Positions 39,744-51,708 of a stretch of DNA of 64,000 bases are shown piece after piece. Origin of the DNA: Klebsormidium nitens (Eukaryota; Plantae; Klebsormidiophyceae); NCBI GenBank assembly GCA_000708835.1, contig DF237319.1, forward strand, positions 27,340-91,339, read 5' to 3'. The notes beneath the pieces were generated by a model. That model saw only the letters and a program-made list of their open reading frames with translations. It was not told the DNA's origin and made no database searches. Made by a program: the position numbers and the translations under genes. The stretch's first letter is position 1. Each line of letters opens with the position of its first letter.

Positions 39744-42700
39744 ATGGAGGATGATCCGCAGGCGCAGATCTTTGCGGTGGAGAGTGCCTTCTACAGCAAT
39801 TGCCTGCTTCTGGGGTATGATGCTGCGAAGACAGGGGTAGAACTCGCACGTCACATGTTCCGCCACTCCAACCCTAAAGGTGGAGAAGCTGTGCTGTACT
39901 TCCTGCTGTCATGCATTCGGCCCCTGCAATTTCAAAAGGTAATGTGGCCACCCCTCTATCTTCTTTTCTGATCCAGTGTCCACCTCGCTCTTTGAGATCA
40001 AAATGGTTTTCTAGTCAACATCCATCTTGTAGCAGCCACATTGGTGGTGCCCCCTTCAAATCAGTGAACGGTTTTTCACTCTGGTATTGTGGAAATTGCG
40101 GTGATTCACGAGATTTCATCTGCATTTAAGCTGTGCTCTTTTACAGGACAGGATCAAAAGGCTTGAACATATTTCGATGCCAAGAAGAGCATCTGACGGT
40201 GCTATCTGTGCAGGACTTCCATGGAGTATGGCCAATCTTTGACGCAAGACAAGCTCGTGACTTCCGCAAGGTAAGACCTGGAGCAAAGCTCTCAACAATA
40301 TGACAGAGCTTTCTTTCAGACGGCAACACTCGAGTTAGACCGTCAAATCTGCTTCAGGGTGCCTCAATTTTTATCCCCCTAGTCAAGTTGGAATAATTTT
40401 CGACGATCTTGGTGATACAGGTTGTACAGAACTTGCTGGCTGAACTGGAGGCATCCAAAGACCTTCCACGCAGCAACTCACGACTTTCCTCTCTGGCAAC
40501 ATGCTGCGGCGAACGGTAAGTTCTCGCTGGTATTACTATTAAAACCAAAGTGAAGACTTAATTCCTCGATCTTCTCACATTGAGCTTTTCAGCGATGCGC
40601 GACCAATCTCTGTGGAGGAAGATCAAGGCGATCATTTCTCTGCCCCACAGGTAGTACGTCAGTTTGTACCACTCCACAAGAGTGATGTGACGAGCGAGAA
40701 TGAATGCAGTATTGGAGTGTTGAATTTCCACTGACTTGCATGAGGGGCACAGACTCGAACCTCAGAAATTGGTTATGTCGTCTTGACTGGTAGTCAGAAT
40801 CAGCAACTGTCCTTCTCAGGTTCATCGAGTTGGTCTGGCAGCTCTCGGCGCACGCGCTAAGGGAAGTGCTTCTGCGGATGTCTGACGTTCGTCAGGCGCA
40901 AGTCCCTGTCCCATTGACCGAGGTAGCACAGCAAGCCGAGTATGCCTCGGCTCTCTTACCCATTACAAAGGTACGCCCCTTGCGACCATGGACAAATTGT
41001 GATTGCACCGTCTGTATTCTTACATGACTTGAGCAGGCATCACTGATCTGGATGATATATGTCGGAAGAAGTCTCCTAAGAAGCAATGCCTTGAAAGCCC
41101 CTTCTGTTGGCCGGTGTTGACTAACTCGAGCCTTGTGAAAGGCAGTAGACCGCATGAAAGCGTCTGAATGCCCATTGCCACACTCAGAAACCTCACTTGC
41201 TCAAGGGCTTGCCTCGCAGAAAGTTGCACTCCGCACATGCCGGATGTTGTCATGTCCTGCAGGCTCGCATTGCGTTGCAGCGCAAAAAGTTTCTGACCTC
41301 CGCAGCAGCGGCTGTGGAGCGCCAGGACGAGTGGGCCGGCCTAGCAGACGAGATCACAGCAGAGCACAGGGCCCTCACAGCAGAGCAGGTGCGTGAGTCT
41401 TCCAAAAGGCAGGGTCTCGATCAGGGGGATATCCAGTACGATGTGCACAATTAGGATATGTCGTTTTGGTCATACTTGAAGGCCTCCCCGGCGTTACGAA
41501 AGGGCTTACGATGGGAAGTACAAATATGGACGAGTCAGTTGTTTTGATATCTTCAAAACACGATCGTGTTGCCTTGGATATCTTGGTCTGGGCTTCCTAG
41601 ACAAAGTCGAAACCCCAATGTTCACAGGCTAAGTGCTGAATTACTGCCGCCACTTCGGATTACATCAGAAGACGCCTCTGGGCCATCCTGAGTGTCCCGG
41701 AGTGCTTCTCAAAAACCAGCAAACATTTCTTCGTCTTACCTCGCCCACGAGTTGGCAAAAACCTCCAGATGCAAACGGCAATCAAACCTGTCATAATGCC
41801 TTTCTACCAAGTACTAATTGCGTCTTTTCCACAGGCGTTACTTCAGCAGCAACTCCAAGCAGCATGGCTGGCTGCCACGGGGGGCCTTGCCTCTACCGTT
41901 AATGAGAAGGTGAAGCTGACAGTGAGGGCCAAGGAGGTGAAGTTGGCAACCGGCCTCTGGGCGTCCCTGATGAAACACACCGGTGAGGGGCGAGTTGTAG
42001 TCCGTCTCTGCTATTCGAAACAAGGATCTAGAAGCCTGTGTAAGTCCGGAGTATGCTCTTGGCTTGGATGAGGGGTTCGAAGTATCCTTTGCGACTGGAA
42101 CGATTAAGCGTGGGTTGTTGCTCGTGCACAAAAGGAAACGAGACCGAGTACTTCCCGTCATTAGACCATCCAACGTGCCATCGTTTAGAAAACATGGAAC
42201 CAATCTTTTGTCTCAATTTTCGACACAAAGAGGAAATTGGAAGTCAACAAGCGACAGAGTCTGCTTCGAACCCGTCCTCGTACCTATTCAAATTTCCTTT
42301 TCTGCAGAGGAGAGCCAGAGAATGACGTCAGGTCATCTGCAAGATGTGTTGACACTGCGGGAGCATAGGTACGCTTTCCTTAGGATACAGAAACCCATGT
42401 GCTTGCGAAATGCTGTCTTCGTGAACGAACAACTGTCCTTTCTGCTTTTACCAACGTCCGACTGCTTGTCCCACGTCCGTACCCAATCAACTTCAGCGGC
42501 TGTGCTTTGCTGGGTTGATATCCATAAGGTTTTCCTTTGGCTTTATCTGGGAACCCCTTCTGTGTGATGAGACTAAGGCTCGCCTCCTTTCTGAGACTCC
42601 TCACTCTTTCCAACTAGATTCCTCCAGTATAGCTTCTCGTAGAGCCTCAAACAGTATTTACTGAGCCATTGCATACAAATGACCAACAAAAAGGTAACAT

Positions 42701-45700
42701 TCTCGAGAACCCTCTGACAGAAGTTCCGAATCTTGTTTTGCAATAAGGCCTACGTTGAAGTGCATCACTTCCGCCGGCTGGTAGATACTACATCAAACCC
42801 CCAAAAAAGTATATCACTCGGCCCCTGGGCAGTGATCTATTCAAAGTAGCGTAGTTTCACTGGAACATGATACGGACAACAATTCCTCTGACGGTTCTCT
42901 TTTTCTTACCGGAAGCCTTCTTGGAATGTCCAGGTATCGCATCGATGGCGCCGCTCTCCGAGAAGCCATGCAGTCCAGCGACCAAGCTCAGCCCTCCGAT
43001 TTCGCTCGCCGGAACGACCCTTCCGCCACCGGACGTCCGGAACACGATACAGTCGGACACGTGGCTGGCGTCCGAAAAGTTGCGGCGGAGCCTTTGGACG
43101 TGGTGGACATGCTGCAAAGCTGGACGGGTGCGCTGCAGGCGTCGCAACAACAGCTGCAGCAGGTGAGGGGCCCTTCTGCATTCCGTTTGTGCTCGAAGCA
43201 CCCCAGCCGTTGGGATTCTGCTTGGAGCTTTCCAGCCGTTGATTTGTTTTTCGAGCATCCCAGCCATTGGAGCCTTGATTGAAGCATCTAGCCGTCGGAT
43301 TGCATTCAGAGGTTCCCTGCCGTCGGATTTTGAGTGGAGCATCCCAGCCATCGGAGTGTGATCGAAGCATCCCAGCCCCCGAGGTGCAGTCAGAAAGTGG
43401 ACTATAATTGAGGCCCTCACGAGGCGTTTTTCCTTGGATCGATTTTCCGTGGTCCCGTCTACTAATGGTTCGTCGAAGATCAGGTGGGACTTGCGTGAAA
43501 CTCGTACGCTTTTGTTCAGCAGCTGCATGTGTTTCCAAGCGAGATCTTATATGTGTTGGGAGGCGGCGGTCTTCAGACGAGAATCGTTAAAGTCATCCCT
43601 TCAAGGATAGGTTTGTTCGTACTTTTTGCCCTAAACGCCAATACCGGCAGCTTGCGTAGACCGCTGACGACGATGCCAGGATCCGATTCATTTCCATCTT
43701 TTCTTTCATCTTCAGGTCAGGTGCATATTTGGAGCGGCCAAGCCTCTTCTGGATCACGCGTTCCAACCGTCGAAATGTCCGACCGTAATCCATCATCTCC
43801 TTCGACACTCCCTTTTTTCTATTATTTATTAGAAGACGCCAAAGCTCGTCTTCTCCAACCGGTCCGACATTGGAATCTCGTCGGTCTCTGCAGGGCAATG
43901 GCGTCGGTCCGATCATCAGCGACGGCGAGGGCAGTCACGGCCAAGCACTGGAGAATGCCCTGGCCGAGCACAAGAAGCACCTCGCAAATTTGCAGGCGAG
44001 AGCGCGCACTCTGCGCTTTTCTTTTTGAAAGGAGCAAACACCCGCACGCAAAAACTATCCCTAAAGAGAGTGGCGTAGACCTCATTAGCGTCAATATCCG
44101 TTAAGATTTTGTGCTTCGACGTGACTATCCTAAGGCACTTACTGCTACGACTTTCGTCCGTACCAAATATTTCTCCAGCCATGTGCACGAGGCTTCGCAT
44201 GTCCTCATGCCAGGTAACTTTGTGTGCCGGGGGAGCTTTTGGACTAGGGGCTTTGCAAATCCAATTGCAGCTTATGCATAAATCCGCGACAATCCATGAA
44301 GTTTTCTGCGGTGGAACGACGGTGGGATTGACTTTCGGTGCGTTTTGCAGGCTCTTGTTTCTGCCCTGAAAGAGCAGACACCGAAGTCGGAGAGCACCGT
44401 GGACCTTCTGCGGGAGCAAGTGGCAGAGGCCATGGCCGAGTCGTCGCAGGTAGGGGGGACTCCTTTCCTCTTTGAATCTGCTCGTTTTCGACTTCGTTAT
44501 ACATTCAGACCCCGGGCGAAAACCAGGGCAGAGAAGCAGACCTGTAGCTTTGGAGCAAGGTCGAAAGGCGGCGTAGGTTTCTTGCCATGTCGTGATTGAA
44601 GAAAGTGCTGTCGACGGGAGCGCGATTGTTGAACCCTTCTGTGAGTGCAACATAATGGGTTCGTCATGCGCTGATTCTTTATTAGGATGGAAAGGAAGAG
44701 AAGTGATTACGGCCCTCTTTTGTGCCCTCATCTCTCTGTTGCCGTGTCGATGAAATGATTCCCCATACATTGCTGCTCAAGTAGTGTCCTTTCCTTCTGG
44801 CCACAAGAACTGAAAATTGTTCGCTCGTTCAATTACCGCCCAAAATCGCCCAGGAGTCGCACGACGAGTCTGGTGCAATCCCGTCCCAACCTTTTCCCTT
44901 CTTGCAGGCGGGCGGTCCCCTAAGCGAACCCCCCTTCACTCCGGGTCGCAGACCGGGCGCACGCCTTCCGGACGAACGCTCCAAAAGCGCCCGGTTGCAG
45001 CTTGTACCGCCCACGCCTGCTATGAAGCTCGGGGGCAGACAGCCGTCGGGAAAAGTTGCTCCGGGCTCGCTGAGTTCCCTCGATGAAGCTGGTAATGACC
45101 AAGAGGACAAGGAGGCGAACGATTCGGAAGGGGCGAAAGGAAGGAGCCGGGTCGGGACTCGAATGCTCGGGAGCCTTTTCGAAAGCGAACCGGGCGCTTC
45201 AGGGAATCTGCAGAACGTCGACGAGTTGAGGCGTTCGATTCGGCATGCGGCGGCGGCCCGGCAGGAGGAGAGACACGTGGCAGCAGCTGCGCCGATGACA
45301 GCTGGCAGCCGCAACCAGCCGTTCGTGACCCCCGCCGCGGCGCTGCACAGCTTCAAAACCCCGCGCTTTGGAAGCGCGGTGACCGGTAGTTCGCGACCCG
45401 GGGTGGTGGCTCGGCTGGACATGGACAGGGGAGTGCCCGGAGGGAGAGCAACCGGGCAGTCTAGCGCAAGGGGCATGCCGCCGCCTAGAGACGTAACAAC
45501 CGGGCGGCTAAGAAACAGACCGGTGGGTTCAGCTCAGCCGCACCAGGAACTAGGTCGAGCGGGAAAAGCGCAGGTTTTGCGGAGAGATGAAAACGATGCC
45601 CGCAAAAACAGCAGTAGCATTGCGCTCGAATCCAGCGGGGCGCAAGCGGCTGAGAGCTTCCCGCAGCAGCGAGGGGGCCCAGCGTGGAGTTCTGCGGATG

Positions 45701-46478
45701 ATGACGTCATGTCCGAGCGGCCGAGGAGCGCCCCGTTCCGCCCCGCGGGTCAGCCGGTTGTTTCTCAAGCGGAGCACGGCTTCGACGAGGACCGGTCGTC
45801 CGAGTATTCGGGGTTAGACACCGGTTTAGGGCAAGGGTTAGATGACCGGGGCTTCGATGGCTCGGGTCGGAGGCCTCGGGAAAGCAGCGCGAGCCGGCAG
45901 TCGGTGTCCGGGTGGCCGCCAGAGCGCGTTTTGTCGCCGCCGCTGCAGTTGGAGGTGGATATGGCGGGAGATGACCCGGATGACATCTTCGATCTTCTAG
46001 GCGAGTTTCTTTCCACTTTTCTTGAGCAGACCGTGTTCTTGCTAGACAAGCAGATGCCTACATGGATGAAAGGGGTCACTCAAGACAAAACAATGCCGCT
46101 GGCTCCTGTTTTTTGCCGCCTGCTCCTATCTGCTGACAGTCATCTCCGTTCTCAAGAGAACGGAGATGACTCGAGCTGCCTTGAAACCAAATCGAAATCT
46201 GAAAGGGCAGAAACTTATTCGGATGCACCGCAGCCGTCCTTGAGCATGTGTCAATATAGACCTTCTTACTACTTTTGGACAGCGGTCCGGGTAGTGCACC
46301 CAAAAGCTGACCGGCTGCGGCGTCCCTATGCTGGTTGCTTCCTGCACTGAAAACTTAATAGACTTCGTCTGACTCAAATTTTCGGTTGTGCGCAGCTCCT
46401 CTGAAAGCTCAAGACCTGAACTTCTACAGTCCACGCGGCGCACAACAGACTGGGCGCTCGTCGCCCTCTGGTCCGTAG
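39744..46478 (+). CDS. AUG6: Augmin subunit 6 (HAUS6/AUG6)
   Basis: Exons 39744-39938, 40214-40270, 40421-40515, 40820-40970, 41263-41388, 41835-41982, 42308-42368, 42934-43162, 43894-43995, 44351-44449, 44908-46000, 46396-46478. Motifs [78 protein letters not shown]-terminal DLLAPL. Confidence 0.93.
43195..43378. repeat. ~28-29 bp minisatellite, about 7 copies, in AUG6 intron 8
   Basis: Recurring core gagcatcccagcc(g/a)t(c/t)gga with variable tails. Confidence 0.85.
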
Positions 46479-47572
46479 ACACCACACTTGACGTCCTGGG
46501 AACTTTCGAGCAAGAACCTGTACTTTGAACGCAATGATCATCGCAAGAGGTCTAAGCACACAGTGCAAGCTCTTCAGGCTGTTGAATGCTGGACTTTCGA
46601 TCACAGCAAATATCAGGTGCTGGCGACCCTTAAGTTCGCCTAACGTGCTTTCTCGATGAGCTCAACCTGCTTTGACAGGGCTTGCGAATGGTACGCGTGG
46701 CTGTACGTTACGAATGAAAGAGGTTAACCTGGAAGAGCAGTTGCTAGGGCCGGGTACGCTTGTTTCGTGTGCTCACTACACATAACATGTTGCCAACAGC
46801 TGGAAACTGCAGCAATGCAACAGCTTCGGTCTGATTTGGTGATCTGGCCGGCGCTGCGTGCATTCGCTTAACTGGCAAGCCTAGTGTGGTAGACATACGC
46901 GGACGGTAATAAGTTACGAATCATCTAACTGCAGTACTAGTCGCACAATAAAGCATGACGGGGTATGTACCCCATGCGGCCGCCATTGCAAATCGACGAT
47001 CGCCGCTATGAATTATCGAACGTGCATACATACAGTGGTACACGCCAGGTGCATCATACCGCGAGCATGTGGTCTGCAACCATGCACGTGCATATCTGGA
47101 CTTTACTCGAATGATTAATTAGAGCTGAAAAGCAAATGTGCAAGTAATATTCAACTTGTACAGGTCAGTTCATGCCATGTGGTCGGAGACTTTTTGTTGT
47201 CTGACAAGAGGGAGGGCTTAAGTACATTAATTACGCTACTGGGTACTCGATGGCGGATCCATACAGGAAGATGTAAGGGTCAGAAGAAAGAAGACTAGCC
47301 TCACACCCAGATTCCACTTAGCAGAAAAGTTCCCTGCTGATCGTCGCCTGGGGCCATCTGGTTCAGATCTGGCCCGTGACTTGCATTGCCAGCCTACCGT
47401 ATCCTCGAACCATGACTCGGAACATCTACAGTAATAGCAGTCAAGTAGCCTACTCAAGGTGCTGTTTTCAACGGTCATCAGATCGACGGTCTGTGTACAC
47501 AAGAGCTATGTAACATCCTCTCAAAGTCGCCAGAGACTTACAAACAACTAGAGTCAAGAGTAACAAGAGTTC

Positions 47573-49780
47573 CTAGTTGACCATCCCTTCCTCCTTGTGC
47601 CCTGCGCACCGGCTCTTCCCCTTCTGATCCGCGTACTTGTACCGCGCCACCTTGGCACATCCCGCGACTTCGCACACAGCGGTCTTCATCTCCCACATGC
47701 CCGGAGCCTTGTGCACCGAACACGACTCAGGAACCAGCTTTGCCTTGCCCTCCTGCTTGCCGTATCGGGCTGGGTGACGGCAGCCCTCCACGTGGCACGG
47801 AAGCGGCCCTCGAATCAGGAACTTGCTCGTACGTTCGCCCCCTCCTTCCGTCTCTACATCGGCTTTCTTATCCCCAGGCTCAGCATAACCCCCGTTGAGC
47901 CGCTTTTCCATCGCCTTGTCCGCTTCTTTCTTCTGCCGTTTGCTTTCCTTCTCTCCATTCTCAGCGCCTTGCCGCCCGTTTTCCCCTCCCTCGTTTCCGT
48001 GTCTCGCTTCCTCCCCCCCCTTCCGTTTCACTCCACCGGTGGAATAAGCTGCGGGGGATCCCCCAGGCCCTGTAGTTGGTCGCCAGAAGCCCTGCCACCG
48101 CCCTTCAAAGTACTTGCCCCAAAAGTCAAACGGGGCCTCGTCCCTCCCTTTCTCCGCTGCCCCATCTGCCACTTTCTTCGCCTTGGCCTTTCCCTCGCCC
48201 TCCTTCTTGGCACCCGCTTTCTTCGCCCGCCGTTTGACGGGCTTCTCCTCTGCTCCCTCGACTTTACCAGACTCGACCTCAGCCCCTGACTCCGGCTCTC
48301 GCTTGCTGACATCAGCGCTCACGTCATCTGCTTGCGCGGGCCCGCCGCCTCCGGCTTCTGCCGCAGCAGGAGCTTTTGGTGGCTGCTCCGCTTCTTCCTT
48401 TCTCTTCTGCCCTTCCGTTACCTCGTTCTCCCCCTTGTTTTCTAGCTTGCCCCCCCCATCCTTTTTCTTCTTCCGCTTCTTCTCAGGCCGTCCTTCCCCT
48501 TCCGGCCCTCCCTCCTGTTCGACCCCTTTCTCCGCCGCTTTATCGCTTCCCTTCTGTTGTGACTGGTCAATGGCCAGCCTGCGGTCCTCCGCACCCCCCA
48601 GCGCCGCTCTTCCCCTTCCTCCGTCCTTCCCCTTGTCCTCCCGCTTGTCTCCTGCCTTTCCCTCCCCTTCCTTTTTGTCTCTCCGTTTCTCTGTCTTTTT
48701 GATCTTGCCCCCCCCTTCTTTGACCCCTTTCTCCGCTGTCATTTCTACCCCCGTTTGCTGGGTCTCATCAAGGGCAAAACTGCGACCCTCTGCTCCCCCC
48801 TGAATCGCCATTTCAGGTTCTTTTCTATCCTTTTTATCTTTGTGTTTTTCTGGCAGACCTTTTTGACTGGGAGGCGTTGCCCCGTTTTCAATGGGGCCTG
48901 TGGCTAGACCGTGTTCCTCTGTCCGCTCTCTCTTTTTCTTCTTCTTCTTGTGTTCCCTTGCGGCTTCGCCTGCCCGTGGAACAAGATAGAAAGAATCGAG
49001 TGAATGGCTGATTGTTTCAAGCTGGGGAAGCTTTGTGATCCTGGGCCATCAGCGAGTGAGGAAGAGAATCTGGCAATAAAGCACAACAAAGCTCAATGAA
49101 ACTGGACGGGTAAAAGCACGGGCTCAACAAGGGGTTTGAAGCAACATTTTCGGGTCTTGCTTAATTGCAGGAGGCGATTGAATTGTAGAAGCTGAAGTTG
49201 AGCAAGCAACGCCAGGATGAAGCCAGAGGGCGGGTCAGGGCTGCTGACGATCGAGCAATGCCGAATGTCAAAGCAGTTGTGCTGGGTGTGTACCAGAACT
49301 GACTGCAAAACGTGGGCAACCAGACTGAGTTCTTCAAGTTTCGATAGAGTCTGCTTCTGTGGATGTTTTAAGAGAGGGTCAAAGCTTAGGACGTGACTGG
49401 TAAAAGCGGGATAAAGCCTGCTGTAGAACCAACACAGGTAGTCCAGCTGGTAAAACGACAGCCTCTTACAAAAGGGCGGAAATGCAGAGTTACCTGACAG
49501 GGAGCTAAAGACAAAAGGTAGTCCCGAAAGCTCCTATTATTGGAAGGGAAGGACGCGAGTCACTCTCCTTTCAAAAGCCAAGTCTCGTCATGTGGTGAGT
49601 TTTCAAAACAAGCAACCATATTTTAAAAGACTACATCAAACTGCCAATTTCAGGGGCTTTGGGACGCTTACCTATGTCATTGGTCATCACATCCTGCCGC
49701 CTCTGCTCCGCCCCCACATCCTCCTTGCCCACACCCCCTTCGCCCCCAGATAATGCCAGGCTGTCTCGCTTCTTCCCCAT
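47573..49780 (-). CDS. EsV-1-7-like Cys/His-repeat protein, copy 1 (W-motif type, two repeats)
   Basis: Exon 49780-49672 (MGKKRD..., in-frame stop upstream, donor G|gtaagc) joins in phase 1 to exon 48969-47573. K/E/G-rich region with KKRKKKK, the motif FWGKYFEGRWQGFWR, then FLIRGPLP-C-x4-C...C-x2-HK-x2-GM twice. Confidence 0.75.
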
Positions 49781-51708
49781 CAGACTTCTCAAACTTTAGT
49801 AGTCTTGTTCCTTCTGTAGTCAGAGGTTCCTCTTATCAACTGGAACAAACCCTGATCGCAATGCCTTCCACGGAAGTCTGCATGGGGGAAGGTTTTGGTA
49901 AGAGACCAATGCATTACAAAGTCACCTCAGTGCCCCTTAACGGTTGTATTCACTGCAGAGAAATGACAAGGTGTGCCACCGTTCTGGCTGACAAATGCCG
50001 AGGAGGTAAAATGGAACTTGTCATAGATGGTGCAAGTTTCAAGGTCCGCAGGAAGGAATGCACTTGAGAGTCCACAACATAACCCATTTTTTACTTCTGA
50101 GATGCCACCCTGCTACTGGGTTCACGTAGAACCGCAGAGTCTCTCCTTCCAGGCATTCCTTTCAATGCCATCTTACCTGATATGTCCCGGGCATTGCTTA
50201 TAGACCATTCTACAAAGAAGCACAGGCATTCAAGTGGAGGGCAAAATAATCGCTTGCTGTTACTACACGAGTCATTGTGTTGACCCAAAAACCTGTGCAA
50301 AATGCCGCTCGCCTCTGAAATGCCTAGGCCCGTCGATCACAATGTGGCGAGATGCCTTGCGTCTCACTCCATGTCTAATGCAAACTTGTATTGGAGGGTC
50401 ACCAAATTGGGCGCCCTGCAGAGTGTGAGCAATGACACAGACACAAGCCAAGTAGCAGAAGGCCTTACTTACACCAAAGTCACGAACGACAGCCCTCCCT
50501 TCAGACGCCTCCTTTGTGCCCAATTGGAATTTGGAGCCTTCAAGTTCTGGATTGAGGCGCCAATTTCTTTGAACTTGCATGGACAATCCAACTTCCAAGT
50601 TTCAAGTTTCTGCAGTCCTTGCAAAAGGCTGCAAACTGACCGTCCTAGCTCACGTCTCTTCAACTTGACCAAAGCGGGTTCCAAGCGGGGTTTCGATGCG
50701 TTGTGCAGTGTACTGGTAGCACTCTACTGTGGTCTAGCTACAGCACGTTGTGTGCATGTAGGCCCTAGCCGGGGCGCTAGCCCACATTGAGGCTGGACTC
50801 TTGTTAAGGGAATCTCAACCGTAACCTGGTCCACTATAACCCGCTTTAAAGTGGCGTTCTTCTTGGACAAATGCAGCCTGCATGAGCAAAGCAAATGTCT
50901 GTTCCTTGAAGCTTTGAAAGCTTGGCTGGAGGAAGCACAGGATAAAACCCTCTCCCATTGTGCGTGGATTACTGTTCCGAGCAGCTGGAGATGGCGCAGC
51001 CTGTGCGGCAAGAAGTCTTCTTCGTCTTTGTCCCTGGGCGGAATGGGGAGGAGCATTGCCTCCCTTGCTTAGGAAAGCCTGAGGCTGATAATGTGCGCAG
51101 TCTGCGCAAGTCCATCGGGGTGAGAGGCCAAGCTTGTCATCTTTCTTGAGCCCAAACGCGCAGGAATCAAGGAAGATCAAGAATGCTGTTCTCCAGACAA
51201 GCTTTCTACCTAATGTGTCGTGGCGGGGTCAACGTGTTGTTGGTGTGCACCATTTGGCATGATCTTGAATGCGTTCTGGTTCCACACCACTATCTAGAGA
51301 TTATCCGCGCGATCAATGCTGAGACCACCATGTTATGAAGAGTCACTTTTCTCTTCAACTTCAATAAGTCCACAGTGGAGCAAGTGCCTGCAGAACATGA
51401 ACTGGGATCCAAGTGGCGCTTCATTGTTGTATGGCAGTTTAGCATCATACCATGCAGTCTGTATTGAGAACATGTGGCTAATGCTGGTTGGTGTGTGAGC
51501 TGCCAGCTCTCAATCCCATATGCTCAAAGACTCTAGTTCCACCTGCTAAACGTACTTCCTGTCATGCTTCTGTCACTTGGACAGTTTCTTACCGCGTTCA
51601 ACAGACTGCTCCCTGTCCAGGGCTTCAACTCAAGAGGTCATAAAAGTTTTCAGAATCATCTGTCTTGAGGATGCACTTACATGTGACCCGTCCCTTTCCC
51701 CTTTGCAG

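Noticed and set aside
43195-43378. CRISPR-like spacing of ~28-29 bp units (also the ~21 bp array at 8232-8490)
   Set aside because: The units are degenerate tandem copies without constant repeats and unique spacers, lie inside spliceosomal introns of eukaryotic genes, and no cas genes are present.
44829-45476. Long antisense ORFs (also 48114-48803, 47597-48289, 52791-53555, 60831-61478, 22644-23219, 38603-39043)
   Set aside because: Shadow frames of GC-rich or low-complexity coding exons on the opposite strand.
46001-46350. Read-through extension of AUG6 exon 11 to the stop at 46350, as in the ORF track
   Set aside because: A GC-donor splice to 46396 restores the family's DLLAPL ending, and the extension has intron-like composition. 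Not fully excluded without RNA data.
50272-51180. Minus-strand ORFs as upstream exons of copy 1, or an inverted duplicate of copy 2's first exon
   Set aside because: Copy 1 has its own ATG at 49780 with an in-frame stop upstream, and the resemblance to copy 2 (QxRRLxxG..LV) is too short to support.
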